The notes under the pieces are model-generated. The model had not been told where the DNA came from, made no database searches, and was given only the letters and a program-made list of their open reading frames with translations. Below, one piece after another: positions 23,000 through 35,483 of a DNA stretch of 64,000 nt. A program made the position numbers and the translations under genes. The number at the start of each line of letters is the position of its first letter. Position 1 is the first letter of the stretch. The DNA is from Gekko japonicus (taxonomy: Eukaryota), in NCBI RefSeq assembly GCF_001447785.1, contig NW_015173758.1:156146-220145 (forward strand). The letters run 5' to 3'.

Positions 23000-25650
23000 C
23001 CAGTAACAGTGCAGATTCTTGCCAGGCAAATGGGAACCTATTCCTTTGTCCAAGATATCTCCAGACTCATCTGTGTTCTTTTTGTTTACACTTTAAAAGC
23101 ATGATCCAATATGATAAATCATAACAGTCGGTGTGGGGCCAATTCTTCAGATTCCTCCTCATCTAAGGCGGTGGTAGCTGGCTGGCCCACGNNNNNNNNN
23201 NNNNNNNNNNNNNNNNNNNNNNNNNNNNNNNNNNNNNNNNNNNNNNNNNNNNNNNNNNNNNNNNNNNNNNNNNNNNNNNNNNNNNNNNNNNNNNNNNNNN
23301 NNNNNNNNNNNNNNNNNNNNNNNNNNNNNNNNNNNNNNNNNNNNNNNNNNNNNNNNNNNAGTCCACAAGGCACAAGAACTACAAAAAGCAATTCTACAAG
23401 GATGAAAATATAGGCAGCTCTGAAGCTTGTTCATACATCAGCTTTATTTTCAGAACTTGCATGGATGGTCCACTCAGGAGCACTCCTGCAAAATAATTGA
23501 ACCCACTTAGTCTGGGAAGGATTCAAATAGGTTGGGCCCCTTGGCCTCCCCTTCTCCAGGGCATGGTCTGATTTTAAGGCCCTGAATTCCCTATGCTGGA
23601 ACAGCTGCAATTTCCTCTGACGATAAGGCTATCTTCTTGGTGTCATCGATGCAAGGCTTGCCTGAATTAAATACTTTTTAGCTCAGTCCATGATATAGGC
23701 TCCTGCAAAAAGAAAATGTCATCAATTCCCCACCCCACAGCCCTCTGTACCCGGACTCCGGTGAGGAACCGACTTTTCCGTCAAAGGGGTTCAGGGTGAG
23801 TCCACTCTATCCAGCCAGGAGGGTGAGACAAAATCAGGATGCAAACAGTTCTGAGTAGGTTTGGAATTCCCTCCGCCCTTTTCCTTTCCAGTTTCTTCCT
23901 CCTCAGGAGTAGGGGATCCACGTGCAGCATCTCCCTCCATAGAATCAGGCCATGCCTGGAGCATTGTGTTTATGATGCAATGTATTAGCATATATATGCC
24001 CTCAATGAAGGCAGCCATTCATAGAAACTTTCTCAGAGCAGGTTGAATGGTAAATCCACTCAGCTTCAGCATTTCTTCCCCCATCAATTGGACTGTATCT
24101 CTCCCCTTGTCCCAGAGTCAAACCAGCCAGGTGAGAATAGACTCGCTTCTCTTCTGCTACTGCTATTGTGATGCAGTCAGCTCCTGGCTGGTATTATCTT
24201 TCTATGGCTGCGGTCACACGGAGCATTAGCCACGCTAGAGCGATAGAAGACAGGCGGAGTTTCCGGGCGCGATCTCACCGGCACATCTGGGAAGCGTAGC
24301 ACTTCCGTGGCTCAACTGAGGCTTCCCGCCGAAAACACGCAGCAAAAAACTAGTACCTCGGAGGTACTAGTTTCCGGAAACTGCGGGGCAAGGGCAGGCG
24401 TCTGATCGCGTTTCCGGAGGCATCCGGCGCCCACCCATGTCCCCTTGCGAAAAAGTTTTTTTCCCCCCCCACGTCTCCATGGATGCGCACAAGCACCCAA
24501 CGGAGCATGCGCAGTCGCGGTGTACACACACAAAAAACCATCCAGTTTGCCGCACCGCGCGCTTCTTTTTTGCACGCGGGATTGTCTTGCGATCAGCACC
24601 TCTCCCTTCCCACGGAACCTCCACAGTACCTCAACGGGAGGTCTGATCTCTTTACCACGCGTTAGTTTGCCCCGGGGCAAACTACTCCCCCCCTCCCCCC
24701 CCCCCCCGCAGTTTCCTGCCCGTGTGACCGGGGCCATAGTCTGCAATGTATCTACCATGGATGCATTCCTCCTGACCATTTTCTGGCGGGCTTTTCTCTT
24801 CAGAGAGCTCGCCAGCACTCACAAATCTCTTTCATTCCCAAGTTCTACTTCTAATTTTTGTGCTTTCTCCCTCCATTCTAATTCCCTCTGCACAGCTGTT
24901 CTTAGACCTGTGACTAGAAGCCCCGTCAGCTGACCAGCACTCTGCTTCTTCTCTACGGCAGCTGCCAAATCAGCTGGGGTGCAGTTTTTCTCCACTTCTG
25001 ACCAAGCCACCAGTCCACTCAGGACCGCCAAATATTTTGTAACTAAGCCCCGCATGTCCTGCTGGGGGCAGCTGGGGAGGTGACTCTCCAATGCAGCCTC
25101 CCCCTCAAATGGTTTATGACTGAACCCCACATGCCCTGCTGGGGCTAGCCGAGGAGCTGACTTTCCAATGCAGCCTCCCTACCCTCCTTCCCTCAGAGTC
25201 TCAGCATATTGGTTCTTGTGGGATCCCGCCAACTACACCACTGTTTGGGGCTCTGGCCAGGAGCTCCAAGTTTGCTTACAAGGAGATTTTAGTAAGCAAC
25301 GATGTAGCTTACAGAAACAGCAGGCTAAGCTCCCATCCGCTGGATCTTAAACACACACACATATAGCGAAGCTTTCCAGAATCTGAGGCAAGATACATAG
25401 CTAAAAGTAAGCATCTTCTGTCCTAAGTCCTGGCTACCAGTCAAGAAATCATTAATGAAGCTATCCCAAACAGTGAGTTGTGCCAGGCCATCTCGCACCT
25501 GGCATCTAGTGGTGAGAGAAAACAAACCAGGCTTTGAATATAAGAGCTGCTAACAAGCATGAGAGAGAGGAATATTCTCTTGGGAGCAACCTGATGGCCA
25601 TCCCCTCACAAAACTCAAGGCTACTAAAGGTGAACCACCAGCCTGTAACA
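23000..25650 (-). mobile_element. Decayed LTR retroelement/ERV 5' part: LTR, PBS(Ser), gag-like ORF
   Basis: PBS TGGTGTAGTTGGCGGGAT (25240-25223) next to an LTR-like TG...CA block (25242-25650); downstream coiled-coil gag-like ORF 25130-24819, continuing after a stop and interrupted by a MITE; distal boundary approximate. Confidence 0.6.
24206..24735. mobile_element. CpG-rich non-autonomous DNA transposon (PIF/Harbinger-like), copy 2, nested in the ERV
   Basis: TIR GGCTGCGGTCACACGG / CCGTGTGACCGGGGCC; colinear with 15471-15983. Confidence 0.72.
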
Positions 25651-26763
25651 AAGATGTAGTTACAAAGGCAATGGGGGGGGGGGTGTTAATTCTGACTAGC
25701 TGTTAATTTTATGATATCTAATTCTGATTGATTGGAGTATTGGATCAATGGAACTTTTAATTTCTCCATACTTAGATTCTTGTTCTGTGTCTTTTTATCC
25801 TGTTCAGTTCTGCCTTGTTCAAGTCCATTGTAGCTCACTTTGCAGGCCTGAGAATAAAACAGCCAAATAACCTCCACTCCCCCATGTCACGACCCCGCCC
25901 TTCTGTCTCTGTGCTACCTCTCTCTCTCAGGGCTGCCTCAGAGACTCCAGGCAATATTTCTTTAAACCAGGGTCGTTCCAACCAGCACAGTAGTGACAAA
26001 GGAAAATTAACAACTTGTGGTTCTTAAGCTCTAACTGGTACCGAAGGCATGGTACATGGGTCAGTGACTCAATCCAATTTATAAAAACAAGTTTATTATA
26101 AAGGCAATAAAAAGATAAAACAAACCAGTAGGGGAAAAGGGAGTGTACAGAGAACAAAACAAATCCTAACTCACTATCTAAGTTACTTGACCTGAGCAGA
26201 TAGCTCTAAGCGTGCTTAAAACATTAGCACTCTTGCAATATTTTGTTTATTTAACAGTGTCTGATAACTGACACTTCTTGCTCTGAATTATTGCACCAAA
26301 ATGTCTGTGCTGTTGCAATCTTGAGTATGCTGTTCAGGTGTGTATCTTGTAAGCTGCAAACCTACGATGACACAGCAGCAGCAGCATAACTGGAAGAAGA
26401 AGCAGAAGACAGCCAGTTCCACTGCGGGCCTGATAGAAGCCCTCCGGGGGCCTGATCTGGCCCCTGGGCCACATGTTTGACACTCCTGCTCTAGGGCCTC
26501 ATTCCACCAGTCAGCTACAATCCAAGTAACCCCATACATTGAAGAGCTTTTGACATTCTAAATAATTTTTATTTCCACACCAGGTATGTTTTGACACTTG
26601 GGGAGGGGGGCAGCTTGCAAGGCACTGGTGGGGGGCAAACACTGAGTATGTCAAAGCCCTACATGCACGTAAGCTAGTTCTGTGGACTTTGACCAAACTC
26701 TGTAAAACTAACTTTTTTTCTAGTGAATAAAAGTTTATATCATCTGCTTGTATATTCTACTAG

Positions 26764-26876
26764 GCACCTTACAGTATACAGCAAAAAATTACAAAGAAGA
26801 AGCAATTGTGTTGGAAATTCAGACTGATATTTTACTTATCTTGTCAACCCTTTGTGAAAATGATCCTCATAGAAAG
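26764..26876 (+). CDS. CFAP69: CFAP69 exon 14, TLQYTAKNYKEEAIVLEIQTDILLILSTLCENDPHRK
   Basis: Conserved KEEAIVLEIQ.DILLILS.LCEN; ctag| and |gtttgt. Confidence 0.95.
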
Positions 26877-27396
26877 GTTTGTGTTCTCACCTTATCATTC
26901 AAACATGAGACATTCTCATGTAAACGTTTTGTTTATAGTTTTCCTTCTGTGGATCATGTGCTCTGCTTCCTTAAAATCTTCTGTTATCTCACAAGTGGCT
27001 AATATCTCTCAGTGGTTGGGAGTGGCAGAAAAGTGGCTGTTTATGAGATAATACTCAAAAGATATAAAAGCCAAGCCCACAGCAAGGGCACAACTTCTTC
27101 CCTTTGGCAAGGAACGACCACTGTGAATCTGACATGCCCAAATTCTCCCCTTTGTGAAAGTGTGGGGAAAGGCAGGAAAGGTGAGCCTGTGCTTTATACT
27201 TTTCAAATCTTGCTTGCTTGCTTGCTTCTGTAAAGACTGTTTGTTTTAAGGGAGCTCAATATACTTCAAGACTAGCAGAGCTAAGACTCTTTTTCACATC
27301 ATGGGTGTAACATTTAACTTGGCCTTGAGTCTCAGTTCAATAAAAACCAAAAACAAATGACTGTGACGATGATAATGATTATAATGTAACTTGGTG

Positions 27397-27397
<1 letters not shown>

Positions 27398-27444
<47 letters not shown>
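27398..27444. repeat. (ATT)n microsatellite just upstream of CFAP69 exon 15
   Basis: About 15 perfect ATT units. Confidence 0.95.
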
Positions 27445-27481
27445 GTTCTTCCAAATTAATCGGATTTGACTCATCATACAG

Positions 27482-27600
27482 GAACTCTTAGGATGGGAAG
27501 GTGTGGATACACTTATTCCATTTATGAAGTTGGATGCAAAGAAATTCTATGGTGGACTGGGTCATAATCGTCTCCTCTTTAGCACCTTAGACTGTTTATG
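27482..27600 (+). CDS. CFAP69: CFAP69 exon 15, ELLGWEGVDTLIPFMKLDAKKFYGGLGHNRLLFSTLDCL
   Basis: Conserved EGVD, GLG.N.LLFSTLD; acag| and |gtaaat. Confidence 0.94.
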
Positions 27601-28349
27601 GTAAATACAACAATTTAAAAATATATATGTTGAAAAAAATTATGGGAAAGTATTGAAATGGGCTACTACCATTTTCTGTTAAAGAGGATGTTGAACAGAG
27701 TGGGAGAGAACTAAATGTACAATGCCGGTGTGGTGTAGCAGTTGGAGTGTCAGATTAGGATCTGCTAAACGCAGGTCTGAATCCCTGCACTGCGTGGAAG
27801 CTCACTGGGTAACCTTGAGCCAGTCACATACTCTCAGCTGAACTTGGCCATTTGTAATGTGATGGCATTCTTCTTTACAAACTTTTAAATATCTGTTCTA
27901 GCCATTCAACTGCAAACCTGAAAAATGATAACAATATAGACGCTGGCTTATTTAATTTTTTTTTTGTTTTTATCAACAAATAAATACTTCTTCCTTCAAA
28001 ACCATCTTTATTCTGTGAATGAGCTCACATCTCTTGATTTTTGCCACTTTGTAACTGGGGATCAGAATGGTCACTTTGCAACATTCACCTTTTGTTTTAT
28101 AGCCACTGATTGTGTGACTGGGTTCAGCATGTTCACTTAGTCATTGTATGCCTGGTGAAGCTCACAAATATGGGTGACTAAACTTTACTGACCAAGTTTC
28201 CTAAGTAAATTTCATTGTGGTGAAACTGTAGAAAGACACCTTGGACAAAAATCAAGTGCATATATCTAAATCCAAGATAAGTCTCCCCAAAAGTAAAAAA
28301 TGTATGCACTTATTACTGCAGAAAAGCTCAACCAGTGCACTGTTATCAT

Positions 28350-28695
28350 AAAGGTAAAGGTTCCCTTGCTCGAAAGCCAGTCGAATCCGACTCTAGGGTT
28401 ATGGTGCACATCTCCATTTCAAAGCCGAAGAGCCAGCGCTGTCCGAAGACGCTTCCGTGGTCATGTGGCCAGCATGACTAAACGCCAAGGCGCACGGAAC
28501 ACTGTTACCTTCCCACCGAAGTGGTACCTATTTATCTACTTGCAATTTCTTGCTTTCGAACTGCTAGGTTGCCAGGAGCTGGAACTAGAGATGGGAGCTC
28601 ACTCCATCATGCTGCACCCGGGTCTCGAACTGCTGAACTACTGACCTTCCACAGCCTGCAGTTCAGCGTCTTAACCACTTGAGCCACCGCAGCTC
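28350..28695 (-). mobile_element. Sauria SINE, near full length
   Basis: (ACCTTT)n tail seen as aaaggtaaagg; tRNA-like head at the 28695 end (gtggctcaagtggttaag on minus). Confidence 0.8.
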
Positions 28696-29574
28696 CTATT
28701 ATCCTGTTATCATACTGTTAGATAAAATACTAAATAAATAAATAAAGGTATATTATTTAGTCTTTCACAAAAGATTGCAAGTCAGAGATTCTCTAGTAGA
28801 CTTTTAGCCACCAAGCCTCTACAATACAAGCCCACGAGACTTGAAACATATAAACATGTAGGCCAACTCAGTACTGTTGAAGCAAAACTGTTCTTACTGT
28901 CTCATCCCATGGTACCGCTTTGTATAATTTTTTTCCAGTCCTGGAAGTATGATCCATTATCAAAGAACCCAGAAGATATGTATCTGTCACAACTTCAAAA
29001 AGGCAAAGTTCTTTTTAGTGCAAAGATGTGTCAAGTATTTACATTGCTTTACTAAAGCCATATATAGATCCTTGCAATAAAATAAAAATATATCCAACTA
29101 TTTGCATACTATAGTTGATATACATCTTCCATTTTTGATTATTCAGATATTGATTCCCTTGTTAAATGATCCTACAGTGAATGAAATATGTTCGTTAGAC
29201 AGCAACACTTTTTGTTGTAATAGAAAAGAGGATTGAAATTCTGAAGCCAAGTGTTCACCAGTTCAAGACATGATAACATACAGCGCCATCCTAAGCAAAG
29301 TTACACCCTTCTAAGTCCACTGAAATCAATGGGCTTAGAAGGCTATAATTGCATTTTTAGTGTCAGCCAGAGCACTTCCTGAGCATACACTAAAATACTT
29401 AGGTATTATATAAAACAAAAATTTAGAAAATAAAATGATAGAAAACTTCTATAATGCCGACTTCAAAACGTAGACAGAAAAATATGTGTTTTGTGTACTT
29501 CCCCCTCCTTTTACAATATATTTAAATTATGCATTTAAATGATTTTTGAGTGGAAGCTGAACTCTTTATTTAAG

Positions 29575-29656
29575 GTGCTGTGTCATGGGCTGTACCATTT
29601 TAGAGGACTATTTTCTTGAAAAGGAGGGTCTTTTCCTCCTCTTGGATTTACTGGTG
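29575..29656 (+). CDS. CFAP69: CFAP69 exon 16, CCVMGCTILEDYFLEKEGLFLLLDLLV
   Basis: Conserved EDYFLEKEG.FLLLDLL; taag| and |gtgagt. Confidence 0.95.
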
Positions 29657-30598
29657 GTGAGTATTATCATTTGGAATATGAGCTGTACTAAATGTATGAA
29701 TAATATTTTGTCATTGGCTCTTCTCAGGATTCAAGGTTTCAGTTATATATCCATTGTTGTGATACTGCACGTTAGGAATTACATCACTATATCTAATGTG
29801 TACCTATGATGCTTGCAAAACGACACTGCATTTCCAAAGGCTGTGAATGCACTGAGAAAGAGAGATCCAGTTATCCCAGGTGCAAAATGTAACATTTCAC
29901 TGTGATGATACAGGATCCTCCCAACAAGAGTGATATCTTGAGGAAATAGTATTTGAGTCCAGCAGCACCTTAGGGACCTACAAGAGTTTCAGGGTACAAG
30001 CTCTCGAGAGTCAAAGTTCCCTTCATCAGACACAGTAGGACAGAAGTGGAGATCTGAGTCCTTTGACCCTAGTCAGAAGGTGGGAAAGGTGTTGTAAAGG
30101 ATGCAGACTTGTCAATTTACTCCAGTGCAGCAATCTTGTACTGTAATTTCCCTTTGAAATTTCTTTGTTTGAGGACTGCCACTCTTTGGTCAGCAGCAGC
30201 ATTGTACAGTTCTTCACTTCCATCAAACAAGACCCTGCCTGTAAGCATTCTAAATAGTAGCCTTATACAGATTGAGGAGAATGGGGGCCTAAGAAGCAGG
30301 ATCATGTACAAACAAAATGCAAAAATTGCAGTCTCTATACAGACTGTTCGCAGAAGCAGCCTGCAAATTTCGACTATGACAATACGATTTAGAGCTTTCT
30401 GATCCATGTATTTATTAGGGAGTGCTCTATGTGTATGCAAAGCAGTTGACCCATGATGGGGGAGATCCATCTTTATCTCTGAATTTTACCCTCTGGGGTG
30501 TTCAGAGCTTGCATTTTCTCACACTAATTATGAACGTAAAATTTCTTGACAAATTGTAATATTTCACAATTCTCTCCTCATTTTAACCTTCTGTAAAG

Positions 30599-30791
30599 TT
30601 GAACCAAAGGAATGTTTGTAACCAAATTCTTGGGATACTCGTTGAATTTTGTGACAATCCTAAAGCTGCTTCTCATATCAATGTCTGGAGAGGGAAAAAA
30701 GAGCAAACAGCAGCAAATCTGTTAATAAATTTGTGGAGACAAGAAGAAGAGGAGTTAGGGGTGAAACATGACAAAGCTGGGAGAATTGTTG
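30599..30791 (+). CDS. CFAP69: CFAP69 exon 17, LNQRNVCNQILGILVEFCDNPK...LWRQEEEELGVKHDKAGRIV
   Basis: Conserved ILGI.VEFCDNPK, LWR.EE.ELGVK; aag| and |gtgagt. Confidence 0.96.
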
Positions 30792-31078
30792 GTGAGTACT
30801 AGAATATCAAAGGCTCTTCAGCCTCACAATTGTAAATTTAGAGAACAGAGAACAGACATTTTTATTACAATATGCATTTTTTCAAAGTTTTTCCCAAAGT
30901 TAAGTAAACAGAAGCAGATGCTTCTGTGATTAGAAATGGCTTTATAGTTAAATGTTTGAGGACATGCAGCTGTACTGTTTGACAAGAATGGGAATGGCAA
31001 AATAAATCAAACGTCCCTGCTATAAATGATAAATTTGCAGGCTGGTGAGCACTAAAATACTTTGTTTCAAGCAGAATT

Positions 31079-32910
31079 CCCCCCCCCCCAGGTGATTTTT
31101 ATTGCATTTTCTATAAACTACAAACTACAACGAAAAAATAGGGAGGGAACATCTACATCTAAGGAGAAAGGAAAGAAAACCACTACTAACTAAAACCCCA
31201 AGTACAGGAGATCATTACATCAGCTTATATAAGTGTTAGTCTAAAATGCTTGCATTACGTTGAACATAGTCGATTAAGCTAAAATATTTATCTTTTTAAG
31301 CATTTTAACTGTTTAAAGACAACCCCCCAGAGCATCATTTATATCACATGCTTTAAGGCACCATTCAAAGTCCTTCAGCCTTCACTTTGCTTTATCTTTT
31401 CTAATCCTCAATTGGTATTCTCGTTTAGGGGCAGCCACCCCCATTTCTGAAGCAGAATCCTCGTCGGAAGGCACAGAGTCCAGTTCACCACTAGTTTTGC
31501 TGCCATCTTCTTCTTTAGCGTCCTCAGCTGGTTCTCCCAGTTGCAATCTCAGGAACTCACGCGCTTTGGAAACAGAGTCAATTTTTTCTTTTTTGTCCTG
31601 CAGTTTGAAAATGACGACTTCAGGGGTTAACCATCTGTAGGAAATGCTCTTTGTTTGTAAAAACAGGATTAAGTCTTTATACTTCTTCCTCTTCTTCCTT
31701 ATTTCAAATGGAATGTCTTTTAAAATCCTGATGGTGTTGCCTCCAATTTTCAGAGGTGTTCCTGTAGTTGCTTTCAGGATAGAATCCCTCACGTGTCTCT
31801 TGAAGAATCTAACCACTGTCTCCCCAGGCAGATTATTTTTCTTGATGTAAATGGAATAGGCCCTATAGACCACATCCATTTCGTTTATATGGTATTCCGC
31901 TTTTAAATCTGTAACTTGAGCTAATACATCTCTCAAAAGTTGTTTTAGATTCTCGTCTTTTACTTCAGGGACCCCTTGGAACCGGAGGACTAGGTTAGCT
32001 TTCTCCATTTGCAGTTGTAAAAGTTGAGATTCTTTCGAAGCTTGCTTCCTTTCCAGCATTTGCAGCTTTTTCTTGACTTTTTTAGAGTTTCCTTTACTTT
32101 CTCAACTGTTTACCTATTTCCTTTACTTTCTCAACTGTTTGCTCTGGGTTTTTTGTAGTTTCAGACAGTTGGAGCTGCTGAGTTGCAAAGTTCTGATTTA
32201 GAGTTGTCAGCTGCTGATGTTAGTCATCTGGTCCAGTAGAGGGCGCAAAGAGTCCACCAAAAGTTTAGAGAACTCAGTGGTCTCTTCCNNNNNNNNNNNN
32301 NNNNNNNNNNNNNNNNNNNNNNNNNNNNNNNNNNNNNNNNNNNNNNNNNCATCTTTATGGATTGTTTACTTTTATGAAAACTTGCTAAAGTCTCTGAAAT
32401 TCGCCCATACGCTTATCCGCACTCTGGTAAGTCTCTCAAAACAGATTTCAACACTTTTTCTTCTGCTCCCCCCTTAGTATTTCGTTATTTAGTTCATGCG
32501 CATGGGAGGGGGGCCCTCCCCCACTCGCTTTTCTCGCTGTTCTCAGGGGGGGGACTGTCTTTTTAAGTTGCCGGTATTCCGCTTTCACTCGACTCACTGT
32601 TTGTTGTTGGTCATAAGACCTCGCTCAAAGTGTATTTTAAACACTCTATCTCCAACGCTTGTCCCGGTCAGCGGCTCTAGTTCCATTCGGACGCATACCA
32701 GCAGGACCGTCGGGGCAGAAGAGCGCCTCAATTCCCCAGCATCGCGCTGGTGAAGAGGCCACCCTTCAAAAGCCCCATGGCTAGGAGCCTTTCCCAAAGG
32801 CTCCGGAGGGGTAGCGAACAATCCCCTCCCCTCCTAACCGCTAGCGCGCAGATCGCACCCCCGGGATGTCCGGGAGGTGCGTCTGCCAGCATGTCGCCAT
32901 GAACCAGAAG
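31079..32910 (-). mobile_element. L1-derived element with 5'UTR and ORF1 but no ORF2 (half-L1/HAL1-like)
   Basis: 17-bp TSD TTGTTTCAAGCAGAATT (31062-31078, 32911-32927); CpG-rich 5' end; ORF 32059-31382 has L1 ORF1p RRM/CTD motifs (LRFQGVPE, RDSILK, I.I.KDIP...RK.RK, Y.W); only ~300 bp after the stop. Confidence 0.8.
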
Positions 32911-34086
32911 TTGTTTCAAGCAGAATTTTTATGAAAGTGAATGGGCATGCATGTATTGAAAAGTAAGTAGCCAAAATCAAAACTGAAACATACAATTTTT
33001 AACCTAGAAGGAATAATCAGAATGAAACTGCCTCTGGTTCTCAATAACGACCCAAATAGGCAGCACCCAAACGTTACTTTTGACAGTGGCACAATGTCTG
33101 TGGCTGCACTCGGCTTTCAGTTTTCATTTCCCTGTGCCATCTTTGCCTTTCTGTTTCCCCAAGGCAGTAAGGGGGTAGGGAAGTGACTTAGCAGATACAC
33201 ACCTGTTAGGAACCTTATTCAACTGGAACATTTGGCTCATGTTCCCACTGAACAGGATCATTAGGCTTGCCATGCACAGCAAGTGTTTTCACCAGTTATT
33301 ACACTCATTTGAGGGCTTTCTCATCCCAGTGTTTGCCTAAGCCGTTCTCTTACATGATGAGTTATGCATGTGATAGGCAAGCAGGAATAAAGCTTTGATG
33401 TCGAGTTGACACTCCAAGCTTCTGTCATCCTTCCCTGAGTGACAGGTAGCCTTTCTCCCCTACACACAGGAAAGACAGAAGAGTAAGGCTTTCCCTAATA
33501 GAAAAGAGTAAGAGGACACACACACATGTGATGGTATGAAGTAGCAGATCATTTCTCTCAGAAGAGGTACTTATTCAGGATTGGAGGTCTCTTAAACGTC
33601 GTCTTAAATTGTAGCTTTAAAAAGGAGCTGTGGGTGGACCAATGTAAATGATTTATTTTATTTTTATTTTTTTAAAACAGAGGGTGCAAGCGAGGGGAGG
33701 CAGCCACTGCTTCCCTCACCTTACCACATGAGTGCTTGGATGTTTGAAGCATCCCCCCCCCCCCATGCCATTTGGCAAGTGAAAAATTTAATTGCCTCCT
33801 TCCTGCCTGAAAGCTTAAGTGGAGGGTTCTTTGGGTGAAAGATACTGAGAATTTCGGACAGATTAATTGGGAGACAAAAAAAGTTACAAGCAGAAATGTG
33901 AAATGTATTTTCCATAGAAAACCAAGTGAATTGAACTGAATGCAAATTACTGCTCTGAATGCGTGCCAAAATGATATTAAAGAATCTGAACAAAGTTTGT
34001 TACCTATAAAACAAGCCAAATAAGTACTCAAATAATTCTGTGTGTGTGTGTGTGTGTGCGCGCACGTGTGCCAAGTAGGAACAGTC

Positions 34087-34484
34087 CAGAGGTGTCAAAC
34101 ATACGGCCTGTGGGCCATAACCTGCCTGTTCAGGGCTTTTATCTGGCTTGTGAGCAACTGGTCATTCATTACCTTTATTGCCAGAAGACTGAGGCTGTGC
34201 ATTATTTTCCTATATATTGTCCCAGTGCTAATGTGTGATGGGCAGTGGAAGTGGGAGGGTGGGCATTAGGGAGATACTGCAAGGAAATACTGTAAAGGTG
34301 TTTGTGTTTTAAGCAAGTTGTATTTTGGATAAAAAATAATATTGTTAATTGGGTTTGCCTGTGTCCTTTATAAAGTTTATATCTCCTGTACCTGGCATTA
34401 CATTTTATAGCACACACGGCCCAGCCCAACAAAGTGACATTTCTGTCAGATCCGGCCCTCGTAACAAATGAGTTTGACACCTAA
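34087..34484. mobile_element. hAT (Charlie-like) non-autonomous element
   Basis: TIRs CAGAGGTGTCAAAC / GTTTGACACC; related end gtttgacactcctg near 26474-26488. Confidence 0.6.
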
Positions 34485-35345
34485 GGTCTCTGAATAGACT
34501 TTATTCTATTATTAGCATTACCACTAGATGGCATCTGTGTCATCAGTTGCCAAAGTGCATCAGTATTAGTTGTCAGTATTCCTTTAATAGGTCAGAGTTG
34601 CTTGTTAAATCTGGTTCACTCAGTTCTGCTGTGCATGTCATATTTCAAAGCTGAGTTCATTTTCCCTAATTGTTACCACTTTCCTAGAAAGTAACATTTT
34701 GTACGGTCAAAAAGTGAATTAATGAAAGACGGTCATAGCTTAAGTAAGTATTGTTGCCTAACCGGTGTTCTATTCTAATTCCTCTACCAAATTACAGAGG
34801 TCATTCCAGTGTTTGTGTGTTTATTTGACTCATTAAATCTGTATCTTGCCTTCAGGATGACTCTCAAATTAAAACATAAATAACTCTTCCATATTATGCG
34901 AAGCATAAAAAAACTCTTATGTTTGCTGAAAACATGAGACTAAAACAGCATGCTGAAATATATACAGAGTTTTGGCACAGTTGTGGTCTAGTACAAAACC
35001 AGTAGTTGCAAATCATTGTAGCTGTTCAGCTATTAGTATTAAGAAAAGTGGGGGAGGGGTTATTGTCAAAAATTGTGTGTTTGTGCATGTGTTCTGATCC
35101 TCATCACCCAAACTGTGTGCCTCAAAAGCACTTGTATTTTTTAAATGGTATTCAGGAAAGCCAGATATTAATAATCCACTACAACATATGCTTGTGCACA
35201 TCACAGTTATTAATGGTTTTGTTTCATGCTTCCATATATTTCCATATTTAGTACTTGACTGACATAAGTACGTACCGTATTCCAGTAAAAGCATTAACAT
35301 TCCTGAATCTAATCCCTGTGCCCTTTTCTCTTTTCTATATGGTAG

Positions 35346-35483
35346 ATTTAAAGAAGCCATTAGTTGGCCGTTTCCAAGCATGTCAAGGAGTGACTCCAAT
35401 GCCTGCCAGTTGCCCCACTGTTGCTATCATGGATGTTGCTGAAAACATGAGAGCAAAGATATATTGTATAATCTGTAAGCTAG
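35346..35483 (+). CDS. CFAP69: CFAP69 exon 18, DLKKPLVGRFQ...PASCPTVAIMDVAENMRAKIYCIICKL
   Basis: Conserved MDV.EN.RAKIY; gtag| and |gtaaag. Confidence 0.95.

Noticed and set aside
24312-24933. 160-170 aa ORFs on both strands
   Set aside because: Chance ORFs through a GC-rich MITE fused to ERV gag sequence
31382-32059. Domesticated L1TD1-like host gene
   Set aside because: Has a TSD, an L1-type 5'UTR and an upstream frameshift; it is an insertion, not a conserved gene
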